A stretch of 40,629 nt of DNA, from the IMG/VR virus record IMGVR_UViG_3300033067_001915, positions 1 to 40,629 of that record, one strand, 5' to 3'. A model generated the notes under the pieces. The model ran no database searches, had not been told where the DNA came from, and worked only from the letters and a program-made list of their open reading frames with translations. Of the stretch, positions 18,257 through 28,016 are shown piece after piece (within the stretch, counting starts at the first letter, position 1; every line of letters starts with the position of its first letter). Made by a program: the position numbers and the translations under genes. This stretch comes from a virus. Taxonomy: Duplodnaviria > Caudoviricetes.

Positions 18257-20556
18257 TACGGGGCTCCGGTGGTGAAGCGGCTAGGCATCGTGGGAAGGCC
18301 CGCGGCTGGAGCAGCGGGGGTCGAAGCCGTCGGACCAAGCGCCGAGAGCGCAGCCCGCAACCGGGCGGCGCTCTCCTGCTTCCGAAGATCTAGCTCTGCG
18401 GTAGCAATCTCCGCCTTAACACGATCCAGCTCCTGTGCGGCACGGGCAGCTGCCTGACGGTCCGCGGCCGACAGTCGTTCGCTGGGGTCGTATGCCGGGG
18501 CGTTGAACATGCCGCCGACCGGCGGCGCCGGGGTCCACCGGGGGGTCGTGGCCTCGGCAGCGGCCTGCACAACCTCCTGCAACTGTCGCTGCCGCTGCCG
18601 AAGTTCGGCCAGCTGCTGCGCGGCGGGGAGTGCGGCGACCTGCGGACCAATCGGGGGAGTGGTCGGAGCCGCCGGGGCGGGCGTGTTCCCAGCCGGTGCC
18701 CGCGCGGCCGCCGGGGCGTTCTGCCCCAGAAGCTGCGTCGCCTGCCGCCCAGTCATCCCGTCGAACAGCTCCGGCTGGCGGGTGCGCCAGTTCTGCAGTA
18801 CTCCGGCCAGTGTGCCGGCGTCCTTCAGGTACTCGTTCGCCCGGAGCTCGCGCGGGGTGAACGCTTCCGTGGTCGACATGCTGGGGTTTTCCTGAAGATC
18901 ACGGAAGATCTCTGCGGCACGCTGGCCACCGAAGTGGTGCCCCATGTACAGCGTGACGGGGTTGACCGGCACGTCGTTCCGGCGCAAGACCTCGATGTTG
19001 TCCTTCGCATACGCGCGGATCATGTTGCCCATGAACTCGGGGTTCGTGGTGCGCAACTGCAGGATCTGTGCGTCATCCAGCTCCGCCGTGGCCTCGGGGA
19101 AGTACTTGCGGGCGATCGACAGCATGGTGCTGTCGGTGAACTGGCCTCGGCCGATTGCCGAACTCGTACCGGCCGCGCCGGTACCTTCGAGCTTATCGAC
19201 CGTCGCCGCGAACTGCTCGACAGCGGCCTCGTCGTCCATCGTCGCCCCCGCCGCATCAAGCAGCATGCCCGCCGCGGCCGGCGCCACGCCGGGGCGACCA
19301 AGCTGCGAGTGCGCGAACTGCATGAGCTGGGCGATGCGCGCGTTGCGGTCTTCGGCGGAGATACGGTACTGGCCCTGATCGAACGCCAGCCGTTCAGCGA
19401 GTGCAAACTCCTGCACTGCGCCGGAGACCGTCGAGGACACATCTACCGGCTGGCCGTTGCCTGCATCGAGGAAGGTCCAGTTCTGGTTGACACCGGTGAC
19501 CGTCCCATCCGCGTTCGGCTCTGCCGGCGGACGAGCCGTGACCAGCTGCCCATTGACCTCCAGCAGTAGCGAGCCGTCATCGCGCGCAGAGATTGTCTCG
19601 ATACCCGCGCTGCGCGTGCTTTCCAGTGCCGACGACAGTCGCCCCGCCGCGGTCGGGTTGGCACCAGACTCGGTGAGGATCTTGATCACGCCGTCTTCGA
19701 TGCGGGTCGTCAGGTCCTGCTCGCGAGCCGTGCGGGCCTCATCCTGCTGGGTGAGCGTTGTCAGCAGGTTCTTGAGGGTATTGCTGCCGTCTGCGATGCC
19801 CCCGAGCTGCTGGAAAAACTGATCCTCAGAGAGGATCAGCGGCTGGCCACCCTCACCTTTCGGGACCATCGCGATAGCTGTCGCACCATCCTCGCTGTTG
19901 GCCCGGTCAATCTGGAACTCGAACGGCAGATCGATCTGCTCAATGAACCCGTTGACGACGCCGATCGCGCCACCGATGTTGCCGCTCTGGTACTGCCGGA
20001 TGGCGCCGTTGAAGACGTTTTGTGCGAACGCGTCCATCTGCGTGCGCTGCGCGGTGTCGGCCGCCTGTGCGCCAGCCACGTCACCAACGCGCAAGAGGTT
20101 CTCCCGCTTCCGCGCCATCGCTGGCGCAAAGTTGGTGACTCCGTTGTAATTGGTGACCTGCCCCGCCTCGTCGATGGCGTCCAGCCCCTCACGGACCTTA
20201 ACGCTGCCGGGGACGTCGCCCATACGGGTCGTACGGTTTCGCATGATCTGCCACGCGTCGACCATGCGACCGTCCGCAGCGGCGTCGGCAATCTGGCGAT
20301 CATCGCGGCGGTTCAGTACATCGAGCGGCCGCGTCCGCAAGCCCTCGGCCACCGCCTCGGTGTCGCGGAACCGCGCAAAGCCGCGGCCCTGCGCGTCACG
20401 GATCGCCTGCTCGTACTGCTCGGGGGTCAGTTCCCCCTCCAGCAGTTGGCGCTCCGCGTCGGCTGTGCGCTTGCGCAGGCCACGGGCAGCGAGGGTCTCG
20501 CCGATCTCGTTCCCGCCGCGGAAGCCGCGCGAAACCGAATCCATCCAATCTGCCAT
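18256..20556 (-). CDS. ejection protein with lysozyme-like/lytic transglycosylase domain (766 aa)
   Basis: GGAG RBS before ATG 20556 (MADWMDS); SSAIGRGQFTDST...LYMGHHFGG transglycosylase-like motifs at about 18790-19215. Confidence 0.75.
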   Translation of the reverse strand: MADWMDSVSRGFRGGNEIGETLAARGLRKRTADAERQLLEGELTPEQYEQAIRDAQGRGFARFRDTEAVAEGLRTRPLDVLNRRDDRQIADAAADGRMVDAWQIMRNRTTRMGDVPGSVKVREGLDAIDEAGQVTNYNGVTNFAPAMARKRENLLRVGDVAGAQAADTAQRTQMDAFAQNVFNGAIRQYQSGNIGGAIGVVNGFIEQIDLPFEFQIDRANSEDGATAIAMVPKGEGGQPLILSEDQFFQQLGGIADGSNTLKNLLTTLTQQDEARTAREQDLTTRIEDGVIKILTESGANPTAAGRLSSALESTRSAGIETISARDDGSLLLEVNGQLVTARPPAEPNADGTVTGVNQNWTFLDAGNGQPVDVSSTVSGAVQEFALAERLAFDQGQYRISAEDRNARIAQLMQFAHSQLGRPGVAPAAAGMLLDAAGATMDDEAAVEQFAATVDKLEGTGAAGTSSAIGRGQFTDSTMLSIARKYFPEATAELDDAQILQLRTTNPEFMGNMIRAYAKDNIEVLRRNDVPVNPVTLYMGHHFGGQRAAEIFRDLQENPSMSTTEAFTPRELRANEYLKDAGTLAGVLQNWRTRQPELFDGMTGRQATQLLGQNAPAAARAPAGNTPAPAAPTTPPIGPQVAALPAAQQLAELRQRQRQLQEVVQAAAEATTPRWTPAPPVGGMFNAPAYDPSERLSAADRQAAARAAQELDRVKAEIATAELDLRKQESAARLRAALSALGPTASTPAAPAAGLPTMPSRFTTGAP

Positions 20557-20557
20557 G

Positions 20558-22027
20558 TCAGGCTCCCGGGCGGTGGTACTTCGCCACCATTTTGTCCAGT
20601 TTCTCGATCCCGACGGCGCGCACGACGTCCTCGGGGATAACGTACTCACCTTCCGCCAGCAGCGCCGGCACCGTGTCTCGAGCCTGCCGCTTCGGGATCG
20701 CTCCCTGCATGCGGCCGCCTTCCGCCATCGCGATCGGTCGCAGGATCTGCTGGACCTCGACGTCGTACTGCGGGTTGCCCATGCGGGCTCGACCCACCTC
20801 GAAGCGATCCATGCCGGCCTCGAAGCGGTCCACGCCGTCGCGGAACCGGTCGCGCAGGGACGGCTTGCCCTTGGGACCCATCGGGGTGCGCAAACCCTCG
20901 GCCGCGCGGCCGATATCCCGCGAGACGGTGCGACCGATGCCGCGCATCGGTGCCCCGGTGTCCATCGACATGCGCTCGAGCTCGGGTAGGGCGAAGGGGT
21001 CGACTTCTCCGCCGTCAGCGTACCCACGAACTTCACCGCCCTCGGCGAACATACCGACCGCACCGGCAGCGAGGCCGAGCATGTTGCCCATGCCCTGCTG
21101 CTGCGCGTTGTAGCGCGACATCGCGTTGGAAAAGCCCTGTGTCAACGTGGCGCCGGCGTTGTTGTACATGTTGCCGGCCATACCCATGCTGCCCTGCCCC
21201 ATCTGGGCCCACTGGGTTGGCGATCCGGTGAGCGCGCCCATCTGGCCAAGCGCGCCGCTGCGGAGGTTGGCTGCACCGGACGACAAGCCCGCGGCCGTGC
21301 CGATGCCACTCATCATGGAGCCTCCAGCCTGTCCGGCCGCGCCTGACGCGTTGGCGCCGGCGCCAGACGAGACGCCAATAGCCTGAGTGGCCTGAGCCGG
21401 CAGGCCCATGCCGAGGTTGATGGCGTCGGCGCGGAGCGCGCGGCCCTTGTCCTCGACGCCGCGGCGGGCGTTGTTGGCCTGCAGTGCGCCCGCGGCGGCC
21501 GTCTGGGCACCCATCATGCTGGCGATCGATGCCGACCGGAACTGGGAGGGGTCGAGGCCCATCGAGCTCAGTCGAGCATCGGCGTTGACCCGCTGCGCTT
21601 CCGCCATGCGCTGGACGTCGGCAACCGCTCGGCCGGCCTCCATCTCGCGCCGGCCCTCGGTGTTGAAACTCTCGGCCTCGGCGATGAACCGGTCCTGCAG
21701 GGGTACGAACGTCGACTCCCAGCGGGCCCGGTCGCGCGTCGCGAAGTCACGCGCCTGATCCATAAGGCCGATCTGTGCGTCGGCAACGCGCCCAGAGATC
21801 GCGTTCGCGCGCTCGCCAGCCTCAAGGGCCCGGGTCTGCAGCCCGAGCATCTGGGCGGCTTGCTCACGGGCGAAGCCAAGCTCCTCCAGCGACTGCGTGC
21901 GGAAGAAATCGAACTGTTCACGCGAGATGCCCAACTGCTCGCGGGCGAGTTCCATCGACTGACGGCCGAGCTCGATCTGCGCGTTGGAGATCGGGGTGAG
22001 GTCAGGTGGGCGGGGCGGGCTTCGCAT
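20558..22027 (-). CDS. DNA pilot/ejection protein (489 aa)
   Basis: Start MRSPPRPPD at 22027 after AGG(T) RBS; Gln/Ala coiled coil then Gly/Ala/Met-rich; C-terminal FAEGG...DTVPALLAEGEYVIP. Confidence 0.7.
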   Translation of the reverse strand: MRSPPRPPDLTPISNAQIELGRQSMELAREQLGISREQFDFFRTQSLEELGFAREQAAQMLGLQTRALEAGERANAISGRVADAQIGLMDQARDFATRDRARWESTFVPLQDRFIAEAESFNTEGRREMEAGRAVADVQRMAEAQRVNADARLSSMGLDPSQFRSASIASMMGAQTAAAGALQANNARRGVEDKGRALRADAINLGMGLPAQATQAIGVSSGAGANASGAAGQAGGSMMSGIGTAAGLSSGAANLRSGALGQMGALTGSPTQWAQMGQGSMGMAGNMYNNAGATLTQGFSNAMSRYNAQQQGMGNMLGLAAGAVGMFAEGGEVRGYADGGEVDPFALPELERMSMDTGAPMRGIGRTVSRDIGRAAEGLRTPMGPKGKPSLRDRFRDGVDRFEAGMDRFEVGRARMGNPQYDVEVQQILRPIAMAEGGRMQGAIPKRQARDTVPALLAEGEYVIPEDVVRAVGIEKLDKMVAKYHRPGA

Positions 22028-22412
22028 GTTGGTACCTACCGTGCACGATGTCGTAGTGGATGAACCCCTCGGGGTCCAGTCCGATCGGGACGCCGCCCAA
22101 CCGCACCACAAGCCTAGCAGATGGCAGGTTCCGGGGGTGGACGACGGCCGTCAAGGTCTGGTACCGCGCAAGGGCTGCCTGAATGGCCCGGAACGCCTGT
22201 CGGGGTGCCAGTCGGTCCCCCGGCGGGAAGGCCACGTTGAGGTAGACCTTGCCCCACGGGCGGACCGTGAGCGACACCGCCCCCTGCCCGCAGGGCACCA
22301 CCTCGGTATCCGAGCAGGTCAGGAGCCCGTCGACGTCCTGCGGGTACGGAAAGTCGAGCCGCTTTGCGGTATCGCGTAGCAACTCGACCAACTGGGCGCG
22401 GGGGCTGTTCAT
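22002..22412 (-). CDS. GNAT-fold acetyltransferase-like virion-module protein (136 aa)
   Basis: ATGA coupling at 22409-22412; VHPRNLPSARLVVRLGG resembles the GNAT N-x-x-S-x-R-L motif; lies between tail and ejection genes as in other podoviruses. Confidence 0.55.
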   Translation of the reverse strand: MNSPRAQLVELLRDTAKRLDFPYPQDVDGLLTCSDTEVVPCGQGAVSLTVRPWGKVYLNVAFPPGDRLAPRQAFRAIQAALARYQTLTAVVHPRNLPSARLVVRLGGVPIGLDPEGFIHYDIVHGRYQHAKPAPPT

Positions 22413-23515
22413 GCGATGAAACCAAACGCCCGTGTACCGCCGCCTTCTCCGCCGCCGCTCGACCCTAGATCGAAAGTGACGCCGCTGGCAGGGGCTTCCA
22501 CGTCCTTCGCTTGGCTGCTCTCCCATAGCGTGTCGTCGGTAAACCCGGCGACAGCCACGACGGTATACGGCCCCGGGCGGAGCCCCGGCACCGTCCATGT
22601 GCCATCCACAGAGAAAACCTCGGCAACGGGGTGCATATAGCCTCGGGCGTAGACGATGATCCGCCCCGGGGACAGCGCACCCAGCGTTCGGAGGGTTCCG
22701 CTGATACCGGCGGTGCCTCCTGATCCAACAGGTCGATTGGCACCGACCGCCCGGATAGTTTGCGCCTTGACCTCCGACGGCATGATCTGGTTGCGGAACG
22801 CGATCAGCTGGTTCGGGATGACCCGCGCGGTTCGATGAGCAAGCAGCCGAATCGCCTGAATCGTGGGGGTGGGGGGGTTGGTGGCCTCTCCGACGAGGGG
22901 TGCATCCGCTGTGTCCGAGATCGAAAACTCATCGAGGAAAATGCCCGGATGCGACAGGGTTTGGCTAACAACCGTGTTTCGCCCACGCCCAATGCGGAAC
23001 GTACGACCGCCACCGAGGTTGGCGGGTCGAGCTACGCTACCTCGCGACACGCCGTTGATAAATAGTTCGATGGTCGTTACGCCGACAACCAACGTGAACT
23101 GAAACCACGTATTGATCGCGACGACGCCACTGGCGGTGGTGAAGTCGGTGGGTGTACCCGCCGGGTCGGTACTACGAAACGTCAACGCGCCCGTGGTAGT
23201 CGTGAACAAGTCGAAAGACGATGTATTCTCGGCCGGACTAGACGACGATTGCAGTATGGCGTAGTTAAAGGTGAAGTCTGGAAACCGCACCCACCCCGAG
23301 TACGTAGTCTCCGTGTACCGCGTCGGATCGGCAAAGCTACCGGAGCCTTCGTATCCGATATACGACCCGTTCTCCAAAAATCCCGAGACCCCGCCAAACA
23401 CACTCTGCGCGGCGGACAGTGACATCGGTCCCGTCGTTGGGACAAGCGCACCGAGCGCATCCGCGACAAGTGCCCCCGCGGTGCCGTTGAACGGGATTCG
23501 GAAGACGATGGCCAT
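22409..23515 (-). CDS. tail fibre/receptor-binding protein with LamG/concanavalin-A-like domain
   Basis: TYSGWVR, INTWFQFTLVV, IELFINGV, LDEFSIS are LamG-like; C-terminal beta-sandwich (SVDGTWTVPGLRPGPYTVVA). Confidence 0.72.
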   Translation of the reverse strand: MAIVFRIPFNGTAGALVADALGALVPTTGPMSLSAAQSVFGGVSGFLENGSYIGYEGSGSFADPTRYTETTYSGWVRFPDFTFNYAILQSSSSPAENTSSFDLFTTTTGALTFRSTDPAGTPTDFTTASGVVAINTWFQFTLVVGVTTIELFINGVSRGSVARPANLGGGRTFRIGRGRNTVVSQTLSHPGIFLDEFSISDTADAPLVGEATNPPTPTIQAIRLLAHRTARVIPNQLIAFRNQIMPSEVKAQTIRAVGANRPVGSGGTAGISGTLRTLGALSPGRIIVYARGYMHPVAEVFSVDGTWTVPGLRPGPYTVVAVAGFTDDTLWESSQAKDVEAPASGVTFDLGSSGGGEGGGTRAFGFIA

Positions 23516-24504
23516 TACCAGCTGTTGGTCATGTCGAAGAACACAGCGCCACGGCTAGCAATCGCGCTAGCGGCAGGTCCATTGAACCCGACGCGGCGAA
23601 GGTTGGTGCCCGCGGGTAGGTCCCCAACGTTACTCACAGGGCTGTAGTTCGGGATGTTTGCGACGGAGCAAAGCGGGGCATACACACCGGGCATTTCACC
23701 TCGCAGGATGCCGTTGAACTGCTGCTCGAGTACATACGCACGTGACAGGGGGAGCGAGTTCGCTCCGCCGAGCGGGTACTGTGCCGCATCACTTAGGAGT
23801 CCAAAACTCTGGCCGTTGTATCCGGGGACGACTGACGTGACACCGACAGGGGCCAGTGCCGCCGTGAAAGGGCGGGCGAGGTACCCGAACCAATTTGCAC
23901 TAGCCGTGGCCGAGAACAACGTAGTGCCCGGACTGCTGACGAAGTTGCGCGACTGAGCGGTGCTGGTAGCAACCGCCGTGGTGCTGGTATTAACTCCGGA
24001 CGGGATGCAGAACGTACCAGTGTCTCCGGCCCGGTACGGATTGATGTCGCCAAAAAAATACGTGTAACAGTCACTCGAGGGCTCACTGACAGAGATCTCG
24101 ATGAACAGGTAGAAGCACCGTGCGTTACCGAAGATGGCCCACCCACGCGCGGCCGCGGACGCAGCATTCGACTTGCCGATTAGAGTATCCGCCGCCTGCT
24201 GCACAGCCGTTGGGAACATGCCCGTCCCCGTATTGACGTCAGTCATGCCCTCGTATCCGCGCACCGCAGTGACCTGCGCCGCAGCGTCCGCCACACGGAC
24301 GTAACTTCCGCTCCCAAAGGTCGGGTTGTTTCGGTACGCCGCAAGGTTGGTACCCGAGAACGGCTTGGTCCAGCCAAGCGGAGTGCGCGACCCGTACCCA
24401 TTGACCAGTACGGCGTCGAGAACGGCGATGAGGCTGCCGGCGGTACCGCTGAGTACCGGCGCGCCGACATCGGATGAAAAGTATTCCCGTGGTGCGAGTG
24501 ACAT
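23515..24504 (-). CDS. tail fibre-like structural protein
   Basis: N-terminus SSDVGAPVLSGTAGSLIAVLDAVLVNGYG...LGWTKPF and C-terminal LRGEMPG, typical of a proteobacterial phage fibre family; TAATG coupling. Confidence 0.72.
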   Translation of the reverse strand: MSLAPREYFSSDVGAPVLSGTAGSLIAVLDAVLVNGYGSRTPLGWTKPFSGTNLAAYRNNPTFGSGSYVRVADAAAQVTAVRGYEGMTDVNTGTGMFPTAVQQAADTLIGKSNAASAAARGWAIFGNARCFYLFIEISVSEPSSDCYTYFFGDINPYRAGDTGTFCIPSGVNTSTTAVATSTAQSRNFVSSPGTTLFSATASANWFGYLARPFTAALAPVGVTSVVPGYNGQSFGLLSDAAQYPLGGANSLPLSRAYVLEQQFNGILRGEMPGVYAPLCSVANIPNYSPVSNVGDLPAGTNLRRVGFNGPAASAIASRGAVFFDMTNSW

Positions 24505-25274
24505 TACGCCCTCCGAAGTTCCAAGGCCACCATGAGCTTGGTGGCCAGAGTGTTTGATTCAACGACGAAACGGAGCACGTCTCCCGCTTCGATGATGGTG
24601 CTCCAGCCCGTAAGCGTACCGTCTTCGTATGCCGATGCTGCTGACAGCGTCGGTTTAGCCGCGCCGCAGATCGAACCGCCGGCTACCGGAGGAAACGCCG
24701 CCAACGTCGACCTACGCACATCGACAGCCGTCGTGGTGGCTGTATCCGCCAACAGGGTGACGCGAATTACCTGCGCTCGATACGGCACGCGCACATCACA
24801 GAATGACAGGGGCACGAGCGTAGCGTTCGATCCATCGAACGTCGCACCGGCCACACCGCTGCGCAGGTATTGTGGGTGCGGGTCGACCGCAGCCTCGTGT
24901 TGCTCGATCTGCTGGTCGGTGTACTCCGCAGCAGCAGCGTCGGTAATGTACTGCGGGTGCGGATCAGCTTCGGCCTCATGCGCGGCGATCTGTGCAGCCA
25001 CATAGTCGACAGCGTCCTGCTGGTCAGGGAAGTCTCCGACGATTTCCCCCCACCGCGTAGGTGGCGACGAGTTACCACCAGCGCCAGCGGCTGTACCGCC
25101 GGTGGGGGTGCTCTTTACGACGCCGATCCGTTGCAACTCGCCGAGCCGTACTGCGCGCTGATCCGGTGAGCCGACGGCGCCTTGGAGTTCATCGACGATC
25201 TCCACGAGCGTACGGACGACGGTCAGGACCGTGTCGTCGTTGAGTCGTGGGATGCCGACGCGGCGGGGCGTCAC
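24504..25274 (-). CDS. tail fibre anchor-like protein
   Basis: WGEIVG motif and two HEAxxDPHPQY repeats characteristic of tail fibres; immediately downstream of the nozzle gene. Confidence 0.7.
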   Translation of the reverse strand: MTPRRVGIPRLNDDTVLTVVRTLVEIVDELQGAVGSPDQRAVRLGELQRIGVVKSTPTGGTAAGAGGNSSPPTRWGEIVGDFPDQQDAVDYVAAQIAAHEAEADPHPQYITDAAAAEYTDQQIEQHEAAVDPHPQYLRSGVAGATFDGSNATLVPLSFCDVRVPYRAQVIRVTLLADTATTTAVDVRRSTLAAFPPVAGGSICGAAKPTLSAASAYEDGTLTGWSTIIEAGDVLRFVVESNTLATKLMVALELRRA

Positions 25275-27067
25275 GGGGTCTGCTCCAGCCCAATGGCGGT
25301 GGTGGCGATGGTAGCCGAATAGATCGGAGTCTTTCCGATCAGTTCGATCTCCCAGAGCGGACCCTTCCGGCCCGACGGCAGGCGATACGGCGCCTCAGAG
25401 GTAACAACGCCTTCCCAGAGCAGGACGCGGTCGCAGAACACACGAGTTCGCACCGCCGTCGCGATGGCTGCGCCCTGTCCCGGCACGCCGGGGCCGTTGA
25501 ACGGGAACCCATGTGGGCCGCGCTGGCCGGGGACAGTGCTCACCGTCTTGCGCCCGTTGAACGTCAGGGCGTTGAACTGGTGTCCAAGGACGTCTACGAG
25601 CGGGGGGGTCACGGTGCCCCAGCCGGCAACCACCGGGGCGAACTCACCTCGAAGCTGAAGGACAGCGAAGTTCACCGGCTTCGGGACCAGAAACGGCTTC
25701 GACTTCCACCGGTAGACCAGCCGCTCGGCGCGGTCGCTGTCCCACTCGATAACACGGTTCCCGACCGCGATGATGGTTTGGCCAGTCGTCCGGTCGAGGT
25801 CCACGGCGCTGACGCCCGTGCTCTCGATCTGCGTGAAACCGGTCGACGGGTCATCGAATCCGATCGAGAATCCGAAGCGCGAGTTGAAGAACGCAAGGTA
25901 TCGGTCTTGGTAGACCGAGGCTCGAATGCCACGTGGCGAGAACCGATTGAGCCACTCATCCTTGGTGACGTAGGGCTGCGAGATGATGCTGTAGCCGGCG
26001 CTGCTGATCGACACCAGCCCGTCGTAGCTGGGGTAGAGGACCGCGCCCGAGGTATTGACCAGTCCGGTCGGCGAGATGCAGGGCAGCACCTTGTCGTACT
26101 TCGTTAGCGTCATGACCTCCGGTACCGAGCCCGTGGCCGCGTACGGCTCACCCTTGGTCGCCACAACGATGACGTTACCGAACGTCCCGAGCGCGACGAT
26201 GTCGTCCTCGACGGCAAGCTTGTACGCCTCTGGCCATGCATGCGGCTGGTACGGCACCGACAGCCACAGCTCGCGGCCGCGAAAGCCAGCGAGAAAACCC
26301 CCAGCGATGCCGATCAAACCCGTCAGGTCATCCGGCGGCGGCGTCCAGTCGAACGAGTTGTACACCGGCGCTGTTGCGGCATCGAGGTCGGAAAGCGCGT
26401 CGGTGTAGGACGTCGGGATCGCATCGACCTCGAACTCTGCGACCTGCCGGTAGTCGACGCCGGTTTCCGACGTGACAGTGCGGTACAGCCGCAGCTTGGT
26501 GACGTTGGTATACCGCGCAGCGTACGTCAGAGACTCGAGTCCGTTGACCTCCCACACCGCATCGATTTTTCCGGTGCCGCGGAACACCTCGGAGACCGGC
26601 CCGATCTCTCCGAAGTCGGACACCAGCGCCGCAATGTAGACGCGGTCTACCGTGATTTCTTCGACGCCGCCCGTCGCCACCACGGTCACTCCGGCGAAGT
26701 TTGGAGCCGGTACGCCGAGGGGGTAGGCCGCAGCCCCGCCCTCAATACGGGTCATCGTGTTGACCTTGGCACCGTCGGATCCTGCCCAGTACAGACGCCC
26801 CAGCGTCTCGTTGATCAAGGGCGCCTTAACGACCCACGTCGTCTCAGGGAACGCCAGCACGCGCAGCGATCCCTCGAAGTCGTACCGGAAGACCGTACGG
26901 GGGTTCTGGATCGACGTCGTTGCGATCACCCGCCCGCGGTTCCACGCACGCAACTCCCCGGAGAACAACTTGGTGTTGTCCGAGATCTGCGCGTTGGTGT
27001 CCGGCAGATTTTTGGTGCCCAGTCGAGGCACCACACCGCCGAAGTTGGTTACGCGGATGACGGCCAC
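25271..27067 (-). CDS. tail nozzle/stabilisation protein (P22 gp10 / T7 gp12-like)
   Basis: 598 aa, beta-propeller-like; N-terminal FGGVVPR; LSVPYQPHAWP; YRWKSKPF; AAGGAG RBS with GTG start. Confidence 0.75.
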   Translation of the reverse strand: MAVIRVTNFGGVVPRLGTKNLPDTNAQISDNTKLFSGELRAWNRGRVIATTSIQNPRTVFRYDFEGSLRVLAFPETTWVVKAPLINETLGRLYWAGSDGAKVNTMTRIEGGAAAYPLGVPAPNFAGVTVVATGGVEEITVDRVYIAALVSDFGEIGPVSEVFRGTGKIDAVWEVNGLESLTYAARYTNVTKLRLYRTVTSETGVDYRQVAEFEVDAIPTSYTDALSDLDAATAPVYNSFDWTPPPDDLTGLIGIAGGFLAGFRGRELWLSVPYQPHAWPEAYKLAVEDDIVALGTFGNVIVVATKGEPYAATGSVPEVMTLTKYDKVLPCISPTGLVNTSGAVLYPSYDGLVSISSAGYSIISQPYVTKDEWLNRFSPRGIRASVYQDRYLAFFNSRFGFSIGFDDPSTGFTQIESTGVSAVDLDRTTGQTIIAVGNRVIEWDSDRAERLVYRWKSKPFLVPKPVNFAVLQLRGEFAPVVAGWGTVTPPLVDVLGHQFNALTFNGRKTVSTVPGQRGPHGFPFNGPGVPGQGAAIATAVRTRVFCDRVLLWEGVVTSEAPYRLPSGRKGPLWEIELIGKTPIYSATIATTAIGLEQTP

Positions 27068-27076
27068 AGGAACTCC

Positions 27077-28015
27077 TTACGGTAATCCGCCGTCGGGGTA
27101 TCGGACAGCAGTCAGGTTTGCGGTATACGTCGCTGAGGCTACTGTGGCACCACCAACAGGGCGAATCGACACGCTCATGGCTACCCCCGTAACCGTAATT
27201 TCCCCTGTCCCAGTATTACGGAGTAGTGCTTGGACTGAACGGTTAACGCCGAGGTTCCCCCAAACTCCGAACGCAGGGAACGCACTGAACTCGACGCGCG
27301 GATCGTCAACGACAACGTCGAACCGCACTTCGTAGTTCGAGGCAACCAGCGACCTCCCCCACTCGTTGACGGGTTCAATAACCACCGCCGGGGCCGAGTT
27401 GTCGGCCTCAAAAATACGCAGTATGCCGCTGGAATCGAGGGCTACGGTCACGCCCGCCTCCGCGGCGGGGAACCCAAACGATACACCGGACGCCGAATAT
27501 GCGCCGCCGGTTAAGCGGACTGCCGCCGCCGTTTCGGTGACCCGCAGGGTGTAGGTGAACGTCGCCGATGCCTGCAGGGTTTCGGTAGCGACGTCTCGGA
27601 TCTCGACCAGAAGCTGCGTGCTCTGGGAGCCTGCGAACGCCGAGGTGAAGCTGTCCGACCACGTACGGTCGGTGCTCAGCGGGTGCCACGTACCCAACGC
27701 CGGACCGTCGAACGTAGCGTCGCCAATGGCGGTGACGCGCACCTCGTAGTCGGCTGCAGTAACGCCGATGCCCCACTCCGCCGCCGACACGAACCCATCC
27801 GATGTGGACAGTCGCAGATCGGAACCCAGCGTCAACGAGGCCGACACCGTACGCGACGTGCCGGGGACAGTCTCCCCCGTCGCCGCAACTGTGCGGTTCA
27901 GTAGTGTGATGACGCCGGCCTCGCTCGGCGGATCGTTCGCGGTGATCGAGTCGGTGTGGTAGGCCACACGCCCGTCGACATCAACGCACTTGAACGTGAA
28001 CGTGTAGGTGGGCAC
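27077..28015 (-). CDS. tail-associated beta-rich protein with two internal domain repeats
   Basis: GGAGG RBS, GTG start; duplicated EWG..YEVR..PAxGxW..L..R domain. Confidence 0.65.
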   Translation of the reverse strand: MPTYTFTFKCVDVDGRVAYHTDSITANDPPSEAGVITLLNRTVAATGETVPGTSRTVSASLTLGSDLRLSTSDGFVSAAEWGIGVTAADYEVRVTAIGDATFDGPALGTWHPLSTDRTWSDSFTSAFAGSQSTQLLVEIRDVATETLQASATFTYTLRVTETAAAVRLTGGAYSASGVSFGFPAAEAGVTVALDSSGILRIFEADNSAPAVVIEPVNEWGRSLVASNYEVRFDVVVDDPRVEFSAFPAFGVWGNLGVNRSVQALLRNTGTGEITVTGVAMSVSIRPVGGATVASATYTANLTAVRYPDGGLP

Positions 28016-28016
28016 C

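Noticed and set aside
20557-21063. N-terminal extension of the 935-aa ORF in the track
   Set aside because: Overlaps the pilot gene in another frame; the RBS-supported start is ATG 20556
24868-24980. Duplicated HEAxxDPHPQY motif
   Set aside because: Familiar tail-fibre motif; used as annotation evidence, not novel
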